From Carpediemonas membranifera BICM (Eukaryota; Protista; Fornicata): DNA of 64,000 bases. Location of the stretch: assembly GCA_019828565.1 (NCBI GenBank), contig JAHDYR010000035.1:78572-142571 (forward strand), read 5' to 3'. Under the pieces are notes generated by a model. It was not told the DNA's origin and ran no database searches. It saw nothing but the letters and a program-made list of their open reading frames with translations. Shown piece by piece: positions 10,201 through 22,202 of the stretch. Position 1 is the first letter of the stretch. Each line of letters starts with the position of its first letter. The position numbers and the translations under genes are program-made.

Positions 10201-11850
10201 ATGCAGCTGCAAGCGCTAAAGGCAAATGCGACGTCCTTCGCGCGCTTTTTGCTGCCTAGGCGCGATTTACTCGCTACTGTGATCAAGGAACGTACGTTAC
10301 TGAGCGAAATTGTTTACACAGGTGTTAATCTCAAGCGTATTGCCACGTTCTTCCGCCTCACGCGCCAGGAGACGGAAGATATGAAGAAGGACCTTAAGGC
10401 GCAGTTTATGGCGACGATGAAATTGAATGAGGGTGAAAGGGTCACAGGGGAACACAAGAAAACACTGAAGCAGGTCCTCGGCGGGGATACCTTCACGCAC
10501 CTGTACGACGGCGAGGTGGAGAGCGCGCGTATTCGGGTGAAGAAGAGCATTCGTGAGGCTAGAATGAAGACAAACGCTAGGCTTGAGTGTGAACTCGCGA
10601 AGGAGGAGGACGAGGACATCAGGGATTGTACTCGGGTTCAGATGATGAAGCTGGCCGATGAGGAAGACCGAAAGGAGTTGGAAAAGGAGATGGAATACAC
10701 GCGCGAGTCCAAGTATGACGTGGTATGGGAGCGAGTGTACGATGAGATCTGCGGTACTCGTCGTGTGCGGGCCCGCAGGGATAACGCCCCCTGTCCCGGC
10801 GAGGATCACGCCGACCACGTGCTTCAGCGCTATCTCTGGGCCGACCAGATCGATACTCAGGCGCTTACTGGCGAGAAGACGTTGACCACGAGACTCCCTG
10901 CTGAAGCTCGAGTCGTACGTCGCGTGACAGCCAGTCTGATCTCTGCTCAGAAGACGGAGATCCAATCTCTCAAGGAGCAGGTCGAGCGGCTGAAGAAGCA
11001 GGTGACTGACGAGAGAAGAGACCATTTTCTTGAGTGCAGGCGTATCCATCATGAGCATGACGTTGGGTACCTTGCTTCCTGCGATGTTTCGTTCGCCGCC
11101 AGCCCCATGCCGCCACAGTCTGGCACGCTCTCCAGGACTTCCTGCCCCCGACGCGCTACGAACGAGCCCGAGGCCTCCATGTCTGTGAAGCGCAAGGCCC
11201 TCTTCATCACGCCCGAGAAGGCCAGGCCTGAGGACTCAGAGGAGGAGACAGAGGAGGAGCAGGAGGAGGCGAAGGAGAAGAGGGGTGAGGCAGAAGAGGA
11301 GACGGTGAACACATGCGACGCCTGCATCCAGACTGAGCCGGAGACTCAGACTCGCATCACCTCTGAGGCCGCGGTGCAGACGTGCATCAACGTGGAGGCT
11401 CTCACGACTAACTGTACCGCGATTCATGTCAAGAGTGACGGCAACTGCGTTGCATATTGTCTCCAAGCCATTGAGTTGGGTGGCCGAGTTGATGGCGACT
11501 TCGAAAAGTGGCAGCGTGGCCTCTGCCAGTCAGTGAAGGCCAAGTACTGGTCTAAGAAGAATGTCACGGAGCGTAGCCTGACAGATCCGGACTCCGGCTA
11601 CTATAACTCGAACGCCATCCGAGTCTGGGCGAGGAAGCAGAAGCGGAACATCCTTGTTGTCCAGTCATACGACGGATACAACGGCATGCAAGGCATCTCC
11701 GCCATCTTATACCTGTTTGATGGCACCACCATGCTTGCACCCGATGCAGACTTGTGGGGGTTGACAGATAATTTCGCTATTGTCATCGAAGGCGATCCGG
11801 CTCACGCCACGCTGTACCAGAAGAAGTGCGAGGTCGTTGAGATTGAATAA
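10201..11850 (+). CDS. Coiled-coil/acidic protein with a C-terminal OTU-like cysteine protease domain
   Basis: 549-aa ORF; IHVKSDGNCVAYCL...IEGDPAHATLY fits the OTU DGNC...H catalytic pattern. The true start is uncertain. Confidence 0.6.
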   Translation: MQLQALKANATSFARFLLPRRDLLATVIKERTLLSEIVYTGVNLKRIATFFRLTRQETEDMKKDLKAQFMATMKLNEGERVTGEHKKTLKQVLGGDTFTHLYDGEVESARIRVKKSIREARMKTNARLECELAKEEDEDIRDCTRVQMMKLADEEDRKELEKEMEYTRESKYDVVWERVYDEICGTRRVRARRDNAPCPGEDHADHVLQRYLWADQIDTQALTGEKTLTTRLPAEARVVRRVTASLISAQKTEIQSLKEQVERLKKQVTDERRDHFLECRRIHHEHDVGYLASCDVSFAASPMPPQSGTLSRTSCPRRATNEPEASMSVKRKALFITPEKARPEDSEEETEEEQEEAKEKRGEAEEETVNTCDACIQTEPETQTRITSEAAVQTCINVEALTTNCTAIHVKSDGNCVAYCLQAIELGGRVDGDFEKWQRGLCQSVKAKYWSKKNVTERSLTDPDSGYYNSNAIRVWARKQKRNILVVQSYDGYNGMQGISAILYLFDGTTMLAPDADLWGLTDNFAIVIEGDPAHATLYQKKCEVVEIE

Positions 11851-11985
11851 AGATTTGGATATGCCTTTGTAGTGCGTTCGACTGTGTACGTTTAGGAGAA
11901 GGCTGAGACGGAGAAGAAGGAGGACAAGGAGGTGGAGACAGAGGAGAAGAAGGGTAAGTAGGCAGACGAGGAGGAGCCTGACACG

Positions 11986-12611
11986 GTGGTGCGTGGGCCG
12001 GAAGATGACGACAATATGTCAGTCGTGTCGATCAGTGACAACGAGCATGAGCCTGAGCTGGTCTTCGACGTACAAACCGCGATCGACAGGATCCTGACCT
12101 GCCCTGCCAAGGAGATTCACCGTGACGGAGCCTGCATCGCTCATTCGCTCAACGACATTAAGCACGGCCAAGTACTGGGTAAGAATCGAATCAAACATTT
12201 CAAAAAAATCATCTGAGAGAACACGCCGAGGAATCCATGGCCAAAAAGGCCGAGGGCCAGGTCAGGGGCACATGGTGGGACCCTTCCGAGCTGTTCAACG
12301 GCCAGGGCTGGCTGACAGGCACTGCTATCTCGGCTTGGACGCATCTCGAGAAGGAGAAGGTCATGGTCCTGCAGCGCAGAGAAGAGGAAGATGGTCGCAT
12401 AGTCAACTCAGCGACTGTTTACGACAACGGAAGGGTCTACCCTCAGGATTTCAGAAGTCTGACTCAACTCAGTGATGCCATCAGGGAGACGGGCCACGAG
12501 AAGGTCATTGTCATTACGGGTAATCATGCCACGGTGTATCTCGTGGCGGAGCTTCTGTCAGATGGCACTGGTGAAGAGAGTGTGCCGAAGACAAGGAAGG
12601 GGAGGAAGTAA
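11986..12611 (+). pseudogene. Second OTU-like unit, frameshifted in an A-run near 12205
   Basis: EIHRDGACIAHSL (ORF 11986-12216) plus VIVITGNHATVY (ORF 12237-12611); paralogous to the domain in 10201-11850. Confidence 0.55.
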
Positions 12612-13458
12612 ATGGTTTGATGTGTTCGGCTGTCTTTCATCTGTGAAATGAGAACAGGCGTGAGTGTCATGGACACAGATGGCCCGGACAGCGTTGCCTC
12701 CGTCTTGGCATTTGTTGAGGACAACACAGCTGTAAACGACAATAAGATGAAACAGAAGTAGCAAGCAATGTTTAATAACGTATGAACAGTCCTTTTGATG
12801 TTGTTTAGTGATTTTTGTGCATTAACGACCGAGAACAGTGGAGTGCAACGCAGATGTTGGTTATTGATGGTAGATGGCGCGCTTTTGACGACAGCTGGTT
12901 GCTTTTGCAGTATAAAGAACCGCATAGCTGCCACTAGTTCCTTCCAATAATGCTTTCCCGCCATTTTGAGGTTGGAATGAAATTCCAAGCACCGTGCACT
13001 TTATGTAATTGCCCAATATCAACGCCACCCCCGCCCCCAGCGCCTCCACGCCCCACGCCAACGCCACCTCCGCCCCCCTGGCGCTCAGTTCAGGAGATGT
13101 CCGGTCGATAAGCCATAAACTGCACGGATCCACAAACGTGGATTGGCCTGAACGACAGCGCTGAGGCCCAAACAGGTGGTGAGACATTAAAAAGACTCAT
13201 TTGCAATCCATTTACTCAGTCCTCACCCTCTTACCACTTGTCTCGATCTCTGAATCATCCTCTATTGTGTTGTCCGCATGCTTCTGCTTTTCGGGCGACT
13301 CTACATGAGTCACCCTTGCAGTGGACGTGGTTGTGGAGCACCCCCAGTGTCTCCACGTCCGCCACCAGCGCCAGATCCGCCACCATGCCCTACATCAGCA
13401 CATTTGTGTATTTACTTTGTAAATTACTTTGTAAATTTGTCCTATTGCTATTGAAGCA

Positions 13459-16023
13459 ATGCGTTTCGAGAACTGGGAAGTCGTCATCACCTATGGGGCG
13501 GACAGTTCTCTTGGATCTATCATCACCGCTGTCTTAGACGAGTTTCTGCTCCGAAACCGCGACAAATCGTTTCGTTTAGACAGCAAGGAGCAGTGCTTGC
13601 GCATTCTCCGAGATTTCCTGACGTCATGTCCACTGAGGGTGACACATAGTGATGCTACGTTACGTAGTGCAGTCGTTAATGCTGATTGGAGCGCATTGAT
13701 GAGGAATCACAGCACTGCTCATGTGACTGTTACGCGAGTCGACAACGAGGCGAAGACGAAGAGCCTATACACGGCCATGGCAATTATCTGTGCCGTCGAG
13801 TTAGGGAAGAATCGCTACGACCGACTCCGCCATGCATTTGTTTCAATGGCCTCCGACATGGGAGTTCGCCTTGGAATTCACACTCCACCGGTGGTAGACA
13901 GTCTCCAGAATCTTGGGTATGACCTGCTGTCCATCCCAGCCATACGATCTGTTATATCAGACCCAACACTGATCGAGGACGTCAACGCGTTCACTCCTGA
14001 GCAGCCCGATGTCTCTGGGCGTGATGGGGTGTCTAACCAAGAGCTTCAATGTCAAGCAGGAGCCGGTTTCACGCGTAGCGTGGAAGTCGCGGAGGCTTTT
14101 TACGTCCTATATGACCCAACCACCCACACCGACCTGCAAGAGACTCTCGATGAACACGACTGCCTCTTCGCTCACCACTTCGAGAAGATATCGGGGGAGT
14201 CACGGCTATACATTTCGCATGATGATCCATCCAAGCTGCCGGAGATTCAGAGATTATGCCGGAACATGGGCATCATTCCGCGTGGAACAAAGAAATCTCA
14301 CCGGATGGTGATCAGCGCTCTGTCCTATGACCCTGTCGCCCAGATTAAGTTCATGCTGAAGTTCCCCGACCGAGTTCAGCGCGATATCAAGTCAAGCAAG
14401 TTCGTTCAATCCGTCACTATTAACCCGGAGAGCCGACAGGAGGCTTATGGTCTTGAGATGCTCCTATGGTTTGATGGATATCGGGCCGACTGTACGGCGG
14501 TCAAATATCGCATAATTGATCGCGAGGGAGCAGCCCTACCACAGAAGATTACCCCACCCATGACGCTTCTTACATTTCAGGGCACAGAGAAGCTCATTCC
14601 TTCGTTCTTTGATGATGTACAGCGGCTAATGAACAAGCTCATTGGTATCCCCTTCGCATGTGGTGACAGTTCGTTGCTCCCACGCAGCCGTGTTGTCATC
14701 AGCCTGCTCGGGATCTGCGGCGATCACAAAGCGTTGCAGATTGTTAGTGGCGTCAAGCGGGGACGATACTACCGCTCTCCATTCTCCTCCCTACACATGG
14801 GAAAGGTCGCAAGCGACCCGTTTGCCAATCGTTGCGATCGCTGGACAATCGCAGATAGCATCCGTCTTCGTGACGCTGGTGGCGTGAAAGACATGACACG
14901 GTTTGGGTCCCGCGATGGTCACCGAGATGTCTGCTGTCTGACCTATGCCAACGAGATAGATGGCCCACTTCACGTGCTCACAAAGTACGCTGATGTCACG
15001 TTCATTCCACCTGTCATGCATGTGAGTCACTATCTTATGAAGGACTTCTGGACGCTGCTTGGCCTTGTCAAGGTTCAACACGCTGGTCAGAACGTGCACA
15101 CACTTGAGCAGATTGAAAAGCTGTTCACGCGGACAACTGGCTGCAACGAGCAGAGCTGGAACAGACGAAAGCTCGCGACACTAGTCAACGAGCACCTTGA
15201 GGAGTTTGACCAGTCACTCCAGCCCTTCATACTCCTTACAGCCAAGTTACAGGCGTTGTATTACTCCTCTGACCACGTGACACACCAGACAATCGCTTTC
15301 CATCACGCGGCGTCCTTTTCTACGTTCATCATGTTCCATGTCTTGACGTTGTTCTATGACCTTCCATCGAGTCGCTCCTCGGTTGCTACGACGCTCAATG
15401 ATGGTCTCAGACTGACTTACTCTCCCAAGTTTACCGGCTCGCTATATCTGAATGCAGTGGTGTCAGTTCTGCCCAAGGTTCACTCGAAACTGCGGCTTCC
15501 GATGTTCTATTTGCTTGAGGAGTACTTCGAACGTGATTTCCTCATCAATGCCCAGTTGCGAGTGGACAAGCATCGATCTTGGGTTCTCGGCTTCCTGGCT
15601 CAGAAGACAATGGTCGGTCGTGTCCTTGCTCACTACACCCGCCGTGGCTCATCGAGAAAGCATGGTATGGTGTTGCCGATTGCAAGGCAGTGTAAGTCTG
15701 TCACATTCTGCTCGTGTCTATTTGATGCCGACCGGTGTGCCGCCTGGAGAAATCGTCTATTAACTAAGGTACCCAACTGGGATAGGGAGGCGAGCCAACA
15801 GTCGCTGAATGCGCTGTTTAGTGGATGGGTCAAGGGTATCTGTGAGGAGCCGGAGGAGATCCGGGAACTCATCACTGTTGACGAGACAGCCAAGACGATT
15901 TGTGTAAGGACGGCGGACAGTGGTCTGGATGAGACTCTCTGCATCTGCAATCTGTGCAACAGTGAGCAGCGAGCGGAGGAGCTGATGAGGAGGACTGGGC
16001 ACAATCTTCGCCCGAGAAGATAG
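13459..16023 (+). CDS. Putative DDE transposase of RAG1/Transib/Chapaev type
   Basis: Intact 854-aa ORF with LWFDG, ICGDHKAL, IPPVMH and LEEYFE in the order and approximate spacing of the RAG1/Transib D, D, H and E motifs. No TIRs found. Confidence 0.5.
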   Translation: MRFENWEVVITYGADSSLGSIITAVLDEFLLRNRDKSFRLDSKEQCLRILRDFLTSCPLRVTHSDATLRSAVVNADWSALMRNHSTAHVTVTRVDNEAKTKSLYTAMAIICAVELGKNRYDRLRHAFVSMASDMGVRLGIHTPPVVDSLQNLGYDLLSIPAIRSVISDPTLIEDVNAFTPEQPDVSGRDGVSNQELQCQAGAGFTRSVEVAEAFYVLYDPTTHTDLQETLDEHDCLFAHHFEKISGESRLYISHDDPSKLPEIQRLCRNMGIIPRGTKKSHRMVISALSYDPVAQIKFMLKFPDRVQRDIKSSKFVQSVTINPESRQEAYGLEMLLWFDGYRADCTAVKYRIIDREGAALPQKITPPMTLLTFQGTEKLIPSFFDDVQRLMNKLIGIPFACGDSSLLPRSRVVISLLGICGDHKALQIVSGVKRGRYYRSPFSSLHMGKVASDPFANRCDRWTIADSIRLRDAGGVKDMTRFGSRDGHRDVCCLTYANEIDGPLHVLTKYADVTFIPPVMHVSHYLMKDFWTLLGLVKVQHAGQNVHTLEQIEKLFTRTTGCNEQSWNRRKLATLVNEHLEEFDQSLQPFILLTAKLQALYYSSDHVTHQTIAFHHAASFSTFIMFHVLTLFYDLPSSRSSVATTLNDGLRLTYSPKFTGSLYLNAVVSVLPKVHSKLRLPMFYLLEEYFERDFLINAQLRVDKHRSWVLGFLAQKTMVGRVLAHYTRRGSSRKHGMVLPIARQCKSVTFCSCLFDADRCAAWRNRLLTKVPNWDREASQQSLNALFSGWVKGICEEPEEIRELITVDETAKTICVRTADSGLDETLCICNLCNSEQRAEELMRRTGHNLRPRR

Positions 16024-17043
16024 ATAGATGGATAATCGGAGTATGTATAGAAAGGGTTCTTTATGTTTACACTATCTTCACCAATCTACAGTCAATTACG
16101 TCTATTGCGAGCGAAGAACAGCTTTCAGTAAGAAATTTGAGGCAACTGTCAGGTAATTCTTAGTAACGTCGTCGGCAATGGCGTAATAGTCATCCATTTC
16201 AGTCAAGTGACTCAGCTTAACGCGCATTTGCTTGATTTCGGCGATAAACTCGGCCCGCTTCATTCGTTTGTCATAAAGTGCATTCCGGCCATATCACAAG
16301 TTTTCTTCATCACAAGGCACGCACGGGGGTGTAAGCGGGACCGAGGCTACCACCACAGCCTCTTCTGAGCCGATGGATACCTTTTGTTGATTTGCCAGAA
16401 TTGACCAAACGACGAGGAATGCTTGATATGCCGCGTATGGATGATTTGAAGAAGAACTGAAGGTGAAAGACAAAGATCATAGAAATACACATCATGCGGC
16501 TCACTTTTTGGAGACATTGGAGGTAAATTAGCTTTTAGGATCGTTTTTCGTTTGCCAGGCAAAGTTTTGAGTGTTTTCTCGAGAATACTCGATGCCGTAT
16601 GCAATCTTGCTGCTATTTGATGCAGAACAAAGGTTGTTATGTGACACAGATGTTCTCACTTGCTTTCGGCCTTCTTTGTTGGCGAGCAAAAGCAAACTTC
16701 TTTGGGAGCAATTCCCAAAAATCGCATCTTTACGCACCCAGGAAATTTTATCTCGGCATACTGGACCAGTGGGGGAGGCACGGCAGTCTATCCCGACCCT
16801 AGATGAACCATGAGACAGTTTTTCGACGAGAGTTTGTGCGATGCCACTGACTTCGCGAGTGAAGGTCTTCAGCATGTTGTACGGATGTCTAAACGATGCC
16901 TTGTGCAAGTGCAAGGCGTAATACGCTGTAGTTTAATTGTTTGAGCGCGTTCATTTTTTCTTGCAATCGTCCTTTTTTCATGTATTCCGGGACTTATTCC
17001 GGGACTTAAAGTCCCGGTTAAAGTACCAGAAAAAACAGCATGA

Positions 17044-18771
17044 CACAAACAGTTCTCATGGACGCACGAGGCCCAGTCAGCCTTTGATACCATCATATCC
17101 CGCCTCACGTCTGCCCCGACTCTTGTACACTATAACCCGAGAGCCAAGCTGAAACTCATCACTGACGCGGCCGACTACGGTGTGGGAGGAGTCCTGCTTC
17201 AGGACGACAAACCTCTGATGTACCTGTCCAAAGCACTCACCGGCGCCCAAAAGCGTTGGCCCACGATCGAGAAAGAGATGTATGCGGTAGTTTATTGCCT
17301 GTCCAAAGCCGAACGCTATCTCCGCTGGGCACACTTCACAATTGCCACTGACCACCACAATCTCACTCGAATGCACCAAAGTGCTAACGCCAAGGTGGCA
17401 AGATGGAGCCTCCTCCTTGAACAGTTCAGCTATGACGTGATCCATGTACCAGGTATCGCAAACGGTGCCGCTGATGGACTATCCCGAGTGTGCACAGCCT
17501 TGACCAACTCCGAGGAGAACCCACACGCAGCCTCTATCAAGGAGCACCATACACTCGGCGGCCTACATCTCTCTGTGAACAGAACAGTACAGCAGCTGCG
17601 CGCCAATGGCCACGCCTGGCCCAGCATGAGACAAGCTGTCGCAGATGTCATATCACACTGCCCCGTCTGCCAGAAGACTGTCCCGACCAGACCGATGTCG
17701 TCATTTGACCTGACCCTCCAGGCACCATTCCCTATGGATACACTCTGCATTGATACGATGGGACCCTACCCCATCGACGGCGAGTTCCAACACATCCTAG
17801 TTATGGTAGACTTGTTCTCCAGATACGTCGAGATGACCCCTATCCGATCGAAAACAGCCGAGGAAGCAGCCTCGTGCGTGGTTAATCATTGGTTCCTGCG
17901 CCACGGAGTTCCAAGGAGGATTATCACAGACAGCGGGTCTCAGTTTAAGAACAACACCTTCGCCAGGCTTTGCGACCGCCATGCCGTCGATCTTCATTTC
18001 ACCGCACCATACCATCACCAGAGCAATGGTATTGTGGAGAGAGTTAACCGCGAGATCAACGCTCATATGATTGCGAGGAGATTGGAGATCAAGCATCTTG
18101 ATCGCTGGTCCCAGCACATCCCTTTCGTGCAAGCAATACTCAATTCCGCGAGACACGCGTCACTTGGCGTGTCCCCGAACGAGATTGTCTTCGGCCGCGA
18201 GCTTGTCCTAGGAAACCCTGCTTCTGATACACCTCTCAACCTGAGACGAGCAGCCGAAGCCGCCATAGCCACCGCTAAGTCGAAACAGGCTGAACGTGTA
18301 CAAGCCGTGCTGTCCCAAGCCACTGGACGCATCACCCCCACTCTGCCTGAGTACATCCTACTGAGCTATCCATCCTTTAGACCAACCAAGACAGTAGCAC
18401 GGTACCGTGGCCCACTACGCGTCACCGGGTATGAGTGCAATGAGTTCAACACCCCTGCAACTCTCATTGTAGAAGACCTGAACACCCACAAGTCACTGCG
18501 AGTCCACACCTCCAGATGCCATCCTTTTGAGCGAGGCTCGTTGACACTGAGGGAGCTGAAGGCCCTAGCCGCGACCGACAGCGACGAGTTCATAGTTTCA
18601 GAGGTCTCAGCCCACAGAAAGACCAAGTCTGGCTATGAGTTTGAAGTGCAATGGGCAGGCTTTGAGCCTGAAGAGGCCTCATGGCTCCCATGGTCCGAGG
18701 TTAGATCCCTCGAGGCTATCGACAAGTACTTCACTCAGCATCCTGAGCTAGAAGGAAAAATTAAACGCTAA
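17044..18771 (+). mobile_element. Ty3/Gypsy pol fragment: RNase H, integrase, chromodomain (no LTRs seen)
   Basis: Frame open from 17044 (FSWTHEAQSAF...LITDAADYGVGG, EKEMYA, TDHHNL, ADGLSR). IN HHCC and D-D-E (CIDT, ITDSG, VERVN), then RGPL, and chromo FIVSEVSAHR...FEVQWAGF...SWLP. Confidence 0.92.
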
Positions 18772-19501
18772 CAGCACAGCAATTGCGGTCATTGAGCCTT
18801 TCAAAGACACTGATGTTGTTATTTAGATGTTTCGACAAGGTTTTGAGCCGTCACTTGCAGCTTTCCGCCAACAGAAGGAAAAATCGGCCAGAACTCGCCA
18901 ACGAAGCGTTGTTGAGGCTCAATAACACGTGATTTGAAGGTAACATACTGATAGCTGCTTAGTACTACCTTCATTGTACAAATACCGATTCTCATCCCCA
19001 AATGCCTCAAAGAATTACGCTACGCATTTATGCAAAAGTATAAGCGCAAAGAGAGCTCCAATACCTCCAAAGAAAAAAGAAGAGGGAGGCACTGTTGCTA
19101 TCATACCCTACCACGGCCATAGATAGCAATATCGCAAGATATATTTATAGATACAGAATTAGATACAGATATTTGGTTTCGGCCATTTATGCATATGTGG
19201 TCTAAACCCCCTATTAAACACTCTTCGTTTACGCACTTGCAATTGCCGTACAGCCAACGGGAATTCACTTAGGCCGTATATCGGAGAGGCCATGCGTAAT
19301 CATCCCACGCAATTGCGGCGCACAGCGCGCACACTATTGGAGCACTAAGCCACAACCCATAAAATCCATCGAACCGGTGAGCAGTCACAGAGACGCCCGG
19401 TACCGCAGCGCGCAAAGAGCCGCTGGGTCAGCTAGCATTGAGCAGCTGTGTGGACGGCAGGTCCTTGGGTAAGAGTGTATATGTTGTGTGGCCAGCAAAA
19501 T

Positions 19502-19661
19502 CTGGCGTTACATCGCGCTGACAGGTTACCTCGGGTAACGGGCCGTGAGCGGAGGGCAATGAGATCGCCTCGCTCCGGCATGGTGATGCGCCGACCAGGC
19601 GAGCCGCGCAGTTTATGCGGGCAGAATGGTAGAAAATTCGGAACATCCAGATCCGACGGCA
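19502..19661 (+). repeat. Split direct repeat A1
   Basis: Identical to 23183-23342. Confidence 0.95.
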
Positions 19662-20230
19662 ACGAGGCTCAATAACCTAGAAGCCACAATCGCTACCATC
19701 TCGCAACAGCTTGCAAAGCTTAATCCGCCTCCTCCGCCGCCCGAGACCGAGCCGCCGAAGGAATCCCAAATTGATTTCTTCCCTGAACAAGATGAAGCGG
19801 ATATTGACCAAACACTGGCAGAAATGGATGCATACGGCGAGCTTCCGACAAAGAGACCACTTAAGGCGGAAGCAAAGTGGCTTCGCCGCGTGATGGTGAT
19901 CGTCAACGCCCTCGACGACGAGCCGCTCAAAGCAAGACTCCTGGTGGAACTCCAAGCACGCCGTACCCTTCTGGACCTCAAGGACGACAACTGGTCGGAC
20001 GCAACCTGCGAACTGTTTCTCGACTTGTTCAACACGTCCCAGACCAAAACCCCCCGTGCCATCTCCTACTGCGCAGCCAAAGCCAGAGCCAAGGGTAAGA
20101 GAAAGGACCAGCCCCCCGAACAAAGGGGGGGTTTCACAAGAAGCACAAGAAGTAGCCCTTGCCACAGATGTTCAGTTCCCGTCAATGAACAAAAAGTGGC
20201 CGGTGTGGGCAAGACTCGGTGCCTCCCCCG
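19626..20230 (+). CDS. YR element 1 gag-like region (frame stays open far beyond; end is nominal)
   Basis: N-terminal part of ORF 19626-22202; resembles the gag-like ORFs at 23639 and 27226 (E..WL...L.L.R..LL.IKD). Confidence 0.65.
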
Positions 20231-22202
20231 AGGTAGTAAGCTGGCTGCGGGATGGCGTCCCTATCCACCTCACCTCTGCGCCCCCTCCACCAGAACCGCA
20301 AAGGCGAGTGGACCCCCGCCTACTCCCGAAGATCGAAGAGCTAGTCGCCAAGGGCGTCCTCTCCCCGTGCCCGATAGACGAACTGCGTCACAGCGCACCC
20401 CTGTTCGCGGTGTCGAAGGGCAAAGACGATGTCCGCCCCGTGCACGACCTCCGAGCCCTGAACGAGTTGACAGCAGAGCTGAGGGTGTTTCGTCTGTTCG
20501 GCATCAGACGGGCGGTCCGCAATCTGCACAAGAACGACTACATGATCAAGATAGACCTAGCATCGGGATACCACCAACTTGGCGTCGCCTCGCGAGACTC
20601 CCCCCTCCTAGGCGTGGTCCTACCGGACGGCCGCGCATTCAGGTACAACACACTCGGCTTCGGATGGACAGCGGCGCCGTACGTGTTCCAGAGCACGACC
20701 ATACAGCTTGCAAAGATCATCGCACACAGGTTCGGGGTGACCATCGCGGTCTATCTCGACGACTTCTTAGTGTCCCATGCCTCCCCATCGTACCTAGCTT
20801 CGGTCACCCCGCAGATCATCGACCTCATGCTATCGCTGGGGGCGATACCGGGCCTCAACAAGTGCGTCCTCACGCCGACCCAGCAGGTAGACTACCTAGG
20901 TGTCCACATAGACACCGCAAGCGAGTCCCTAAGAATCTCAAAAGACAAGGCCGAGACCTACACGGCCACGATCGCCAAGGCCCTCCGGGTCGGGTCCATC
21001 ACAGCTTCAGACTGGCAGAAGCTCCTAGGCCGTCTGTCATTCTTCGCAGGGACCACACAGTTCGCCCGCCTCGCACTCAGACCACTGCAGGCCACCCCTA
21101 CAACGGAGACCGTCCACCTCTCCAGCCAAATCCGCAGGCAGCTGGCGGCGTGGCAAGTCCTCCTCCGCGATCGCCCACCCAAGAGGTTCGCCGAAGCAAG
21201 AGCGGACTGGGAAATACGCGATACGCTCCAGATTTCTGTCACCTCAGACGCATCAACGTCCGGCTGGGGAGCATGCCTGTTCAATGGGGAGAAGGGAGCG
21301 GCATCACAGGGTGCCTTCCCCCCTCATCTCAAGGGGGAACACATTGGCGTCAAGGAGCTCTTCGCGATCGCTCAGGCGATCAATCTCGTGCCCCAGCAGG
21401 AGTCACGCTCCTCTCTCACAGTCTTTGCCGACAACTCAGCTGCCATCAGCTGGGTAAACAGACGGGGATCGCCGAACCTCCCCCAGCCGCACACCAGATC
21501 CTACAGGACATCTACAACACGGCAGAAACCAAGCGCCTCGACGTCCACTGCTTCCATATTGCCGGACACCTGAACGTCCAGGCGGACAGGCTCTCCAGGT
21601 TCGCCAAGCTCGACTGGTCGTCACCCCGAGAAGTCTTGGAAACCATCATGCGCAAGTGGGGGCCGGTCGAGATCGACGTCACAGCACGCCCCGACAAGGT
21701 TCTGGCATTACCAGGCTTTGCAGAACTAGCCTGGTCAATCCACGACAACGGCTTCCAGATGGACTGGAGGGGAGTCAGGATTTATATAGCTCCTCCTATA
21801 GCCCTTCTTGGAGTGACGTGTCGTCGCCTCCAGACAATACGCGCCTCGACCCAGACTGGGAACCCTCGACACTGGAGATCAGCGGCGATAGTCCTGTGCC
21901 CGGACCTCAACTCGCCCGAGGTCCGAGCCATCAAACGTTTGACACCCCTCAAGTTGTACCTCAGAGTCCAGGCGAAACACCTCCTGCAGTCCGAGCTAGC
22001 CTGGACAGCGACAGACAAGGGCAAGATCCGCTTCGTGGCGCTTATCCTGAGGACCCGTTCCAAGCCCTCCTCGCTGACGACCGACTATCACATTTCAGAA
22101 ACGAATCGTCGCGCCGCACAGCAGCGGGCTGGGTCGCCAAATTCCTCCAATCCCGCAACGCGAGCCACTCACACGCGCAACAGCTCAAAGAGTTCCTTCT
22201 GA
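20056..22202 (+). CDS. YR element 1 pol: RT, RNase H, MT-like (frameshift in a C-run near 21480)
   Basis: RPVHDLRALN, KIDLASGYHQ, LGFGW, VYLDD, TSDAS; continues in the other frame as HIAGHLNVQADRLSR...DW...IAPP. Confidence 0.9.

Noticed and set aside
10292-10321. 30-nt in-frame intron GTACGT...ACAG in the OTU gene
   Set aside because: The splice sites are plausible, but the frame is open either way; this needs RNA data.
16080-16914. Minus-strand gene remnant
   Set aside because: Coding-like patches in several frames but no recognisable motif.
21600-21830. Active DNA adenine methyltransferase or restriction-modification system
   Set aside because: This is the known DIRS MT-like domain, and the catalytic N/D of the NPPY motif is absent.
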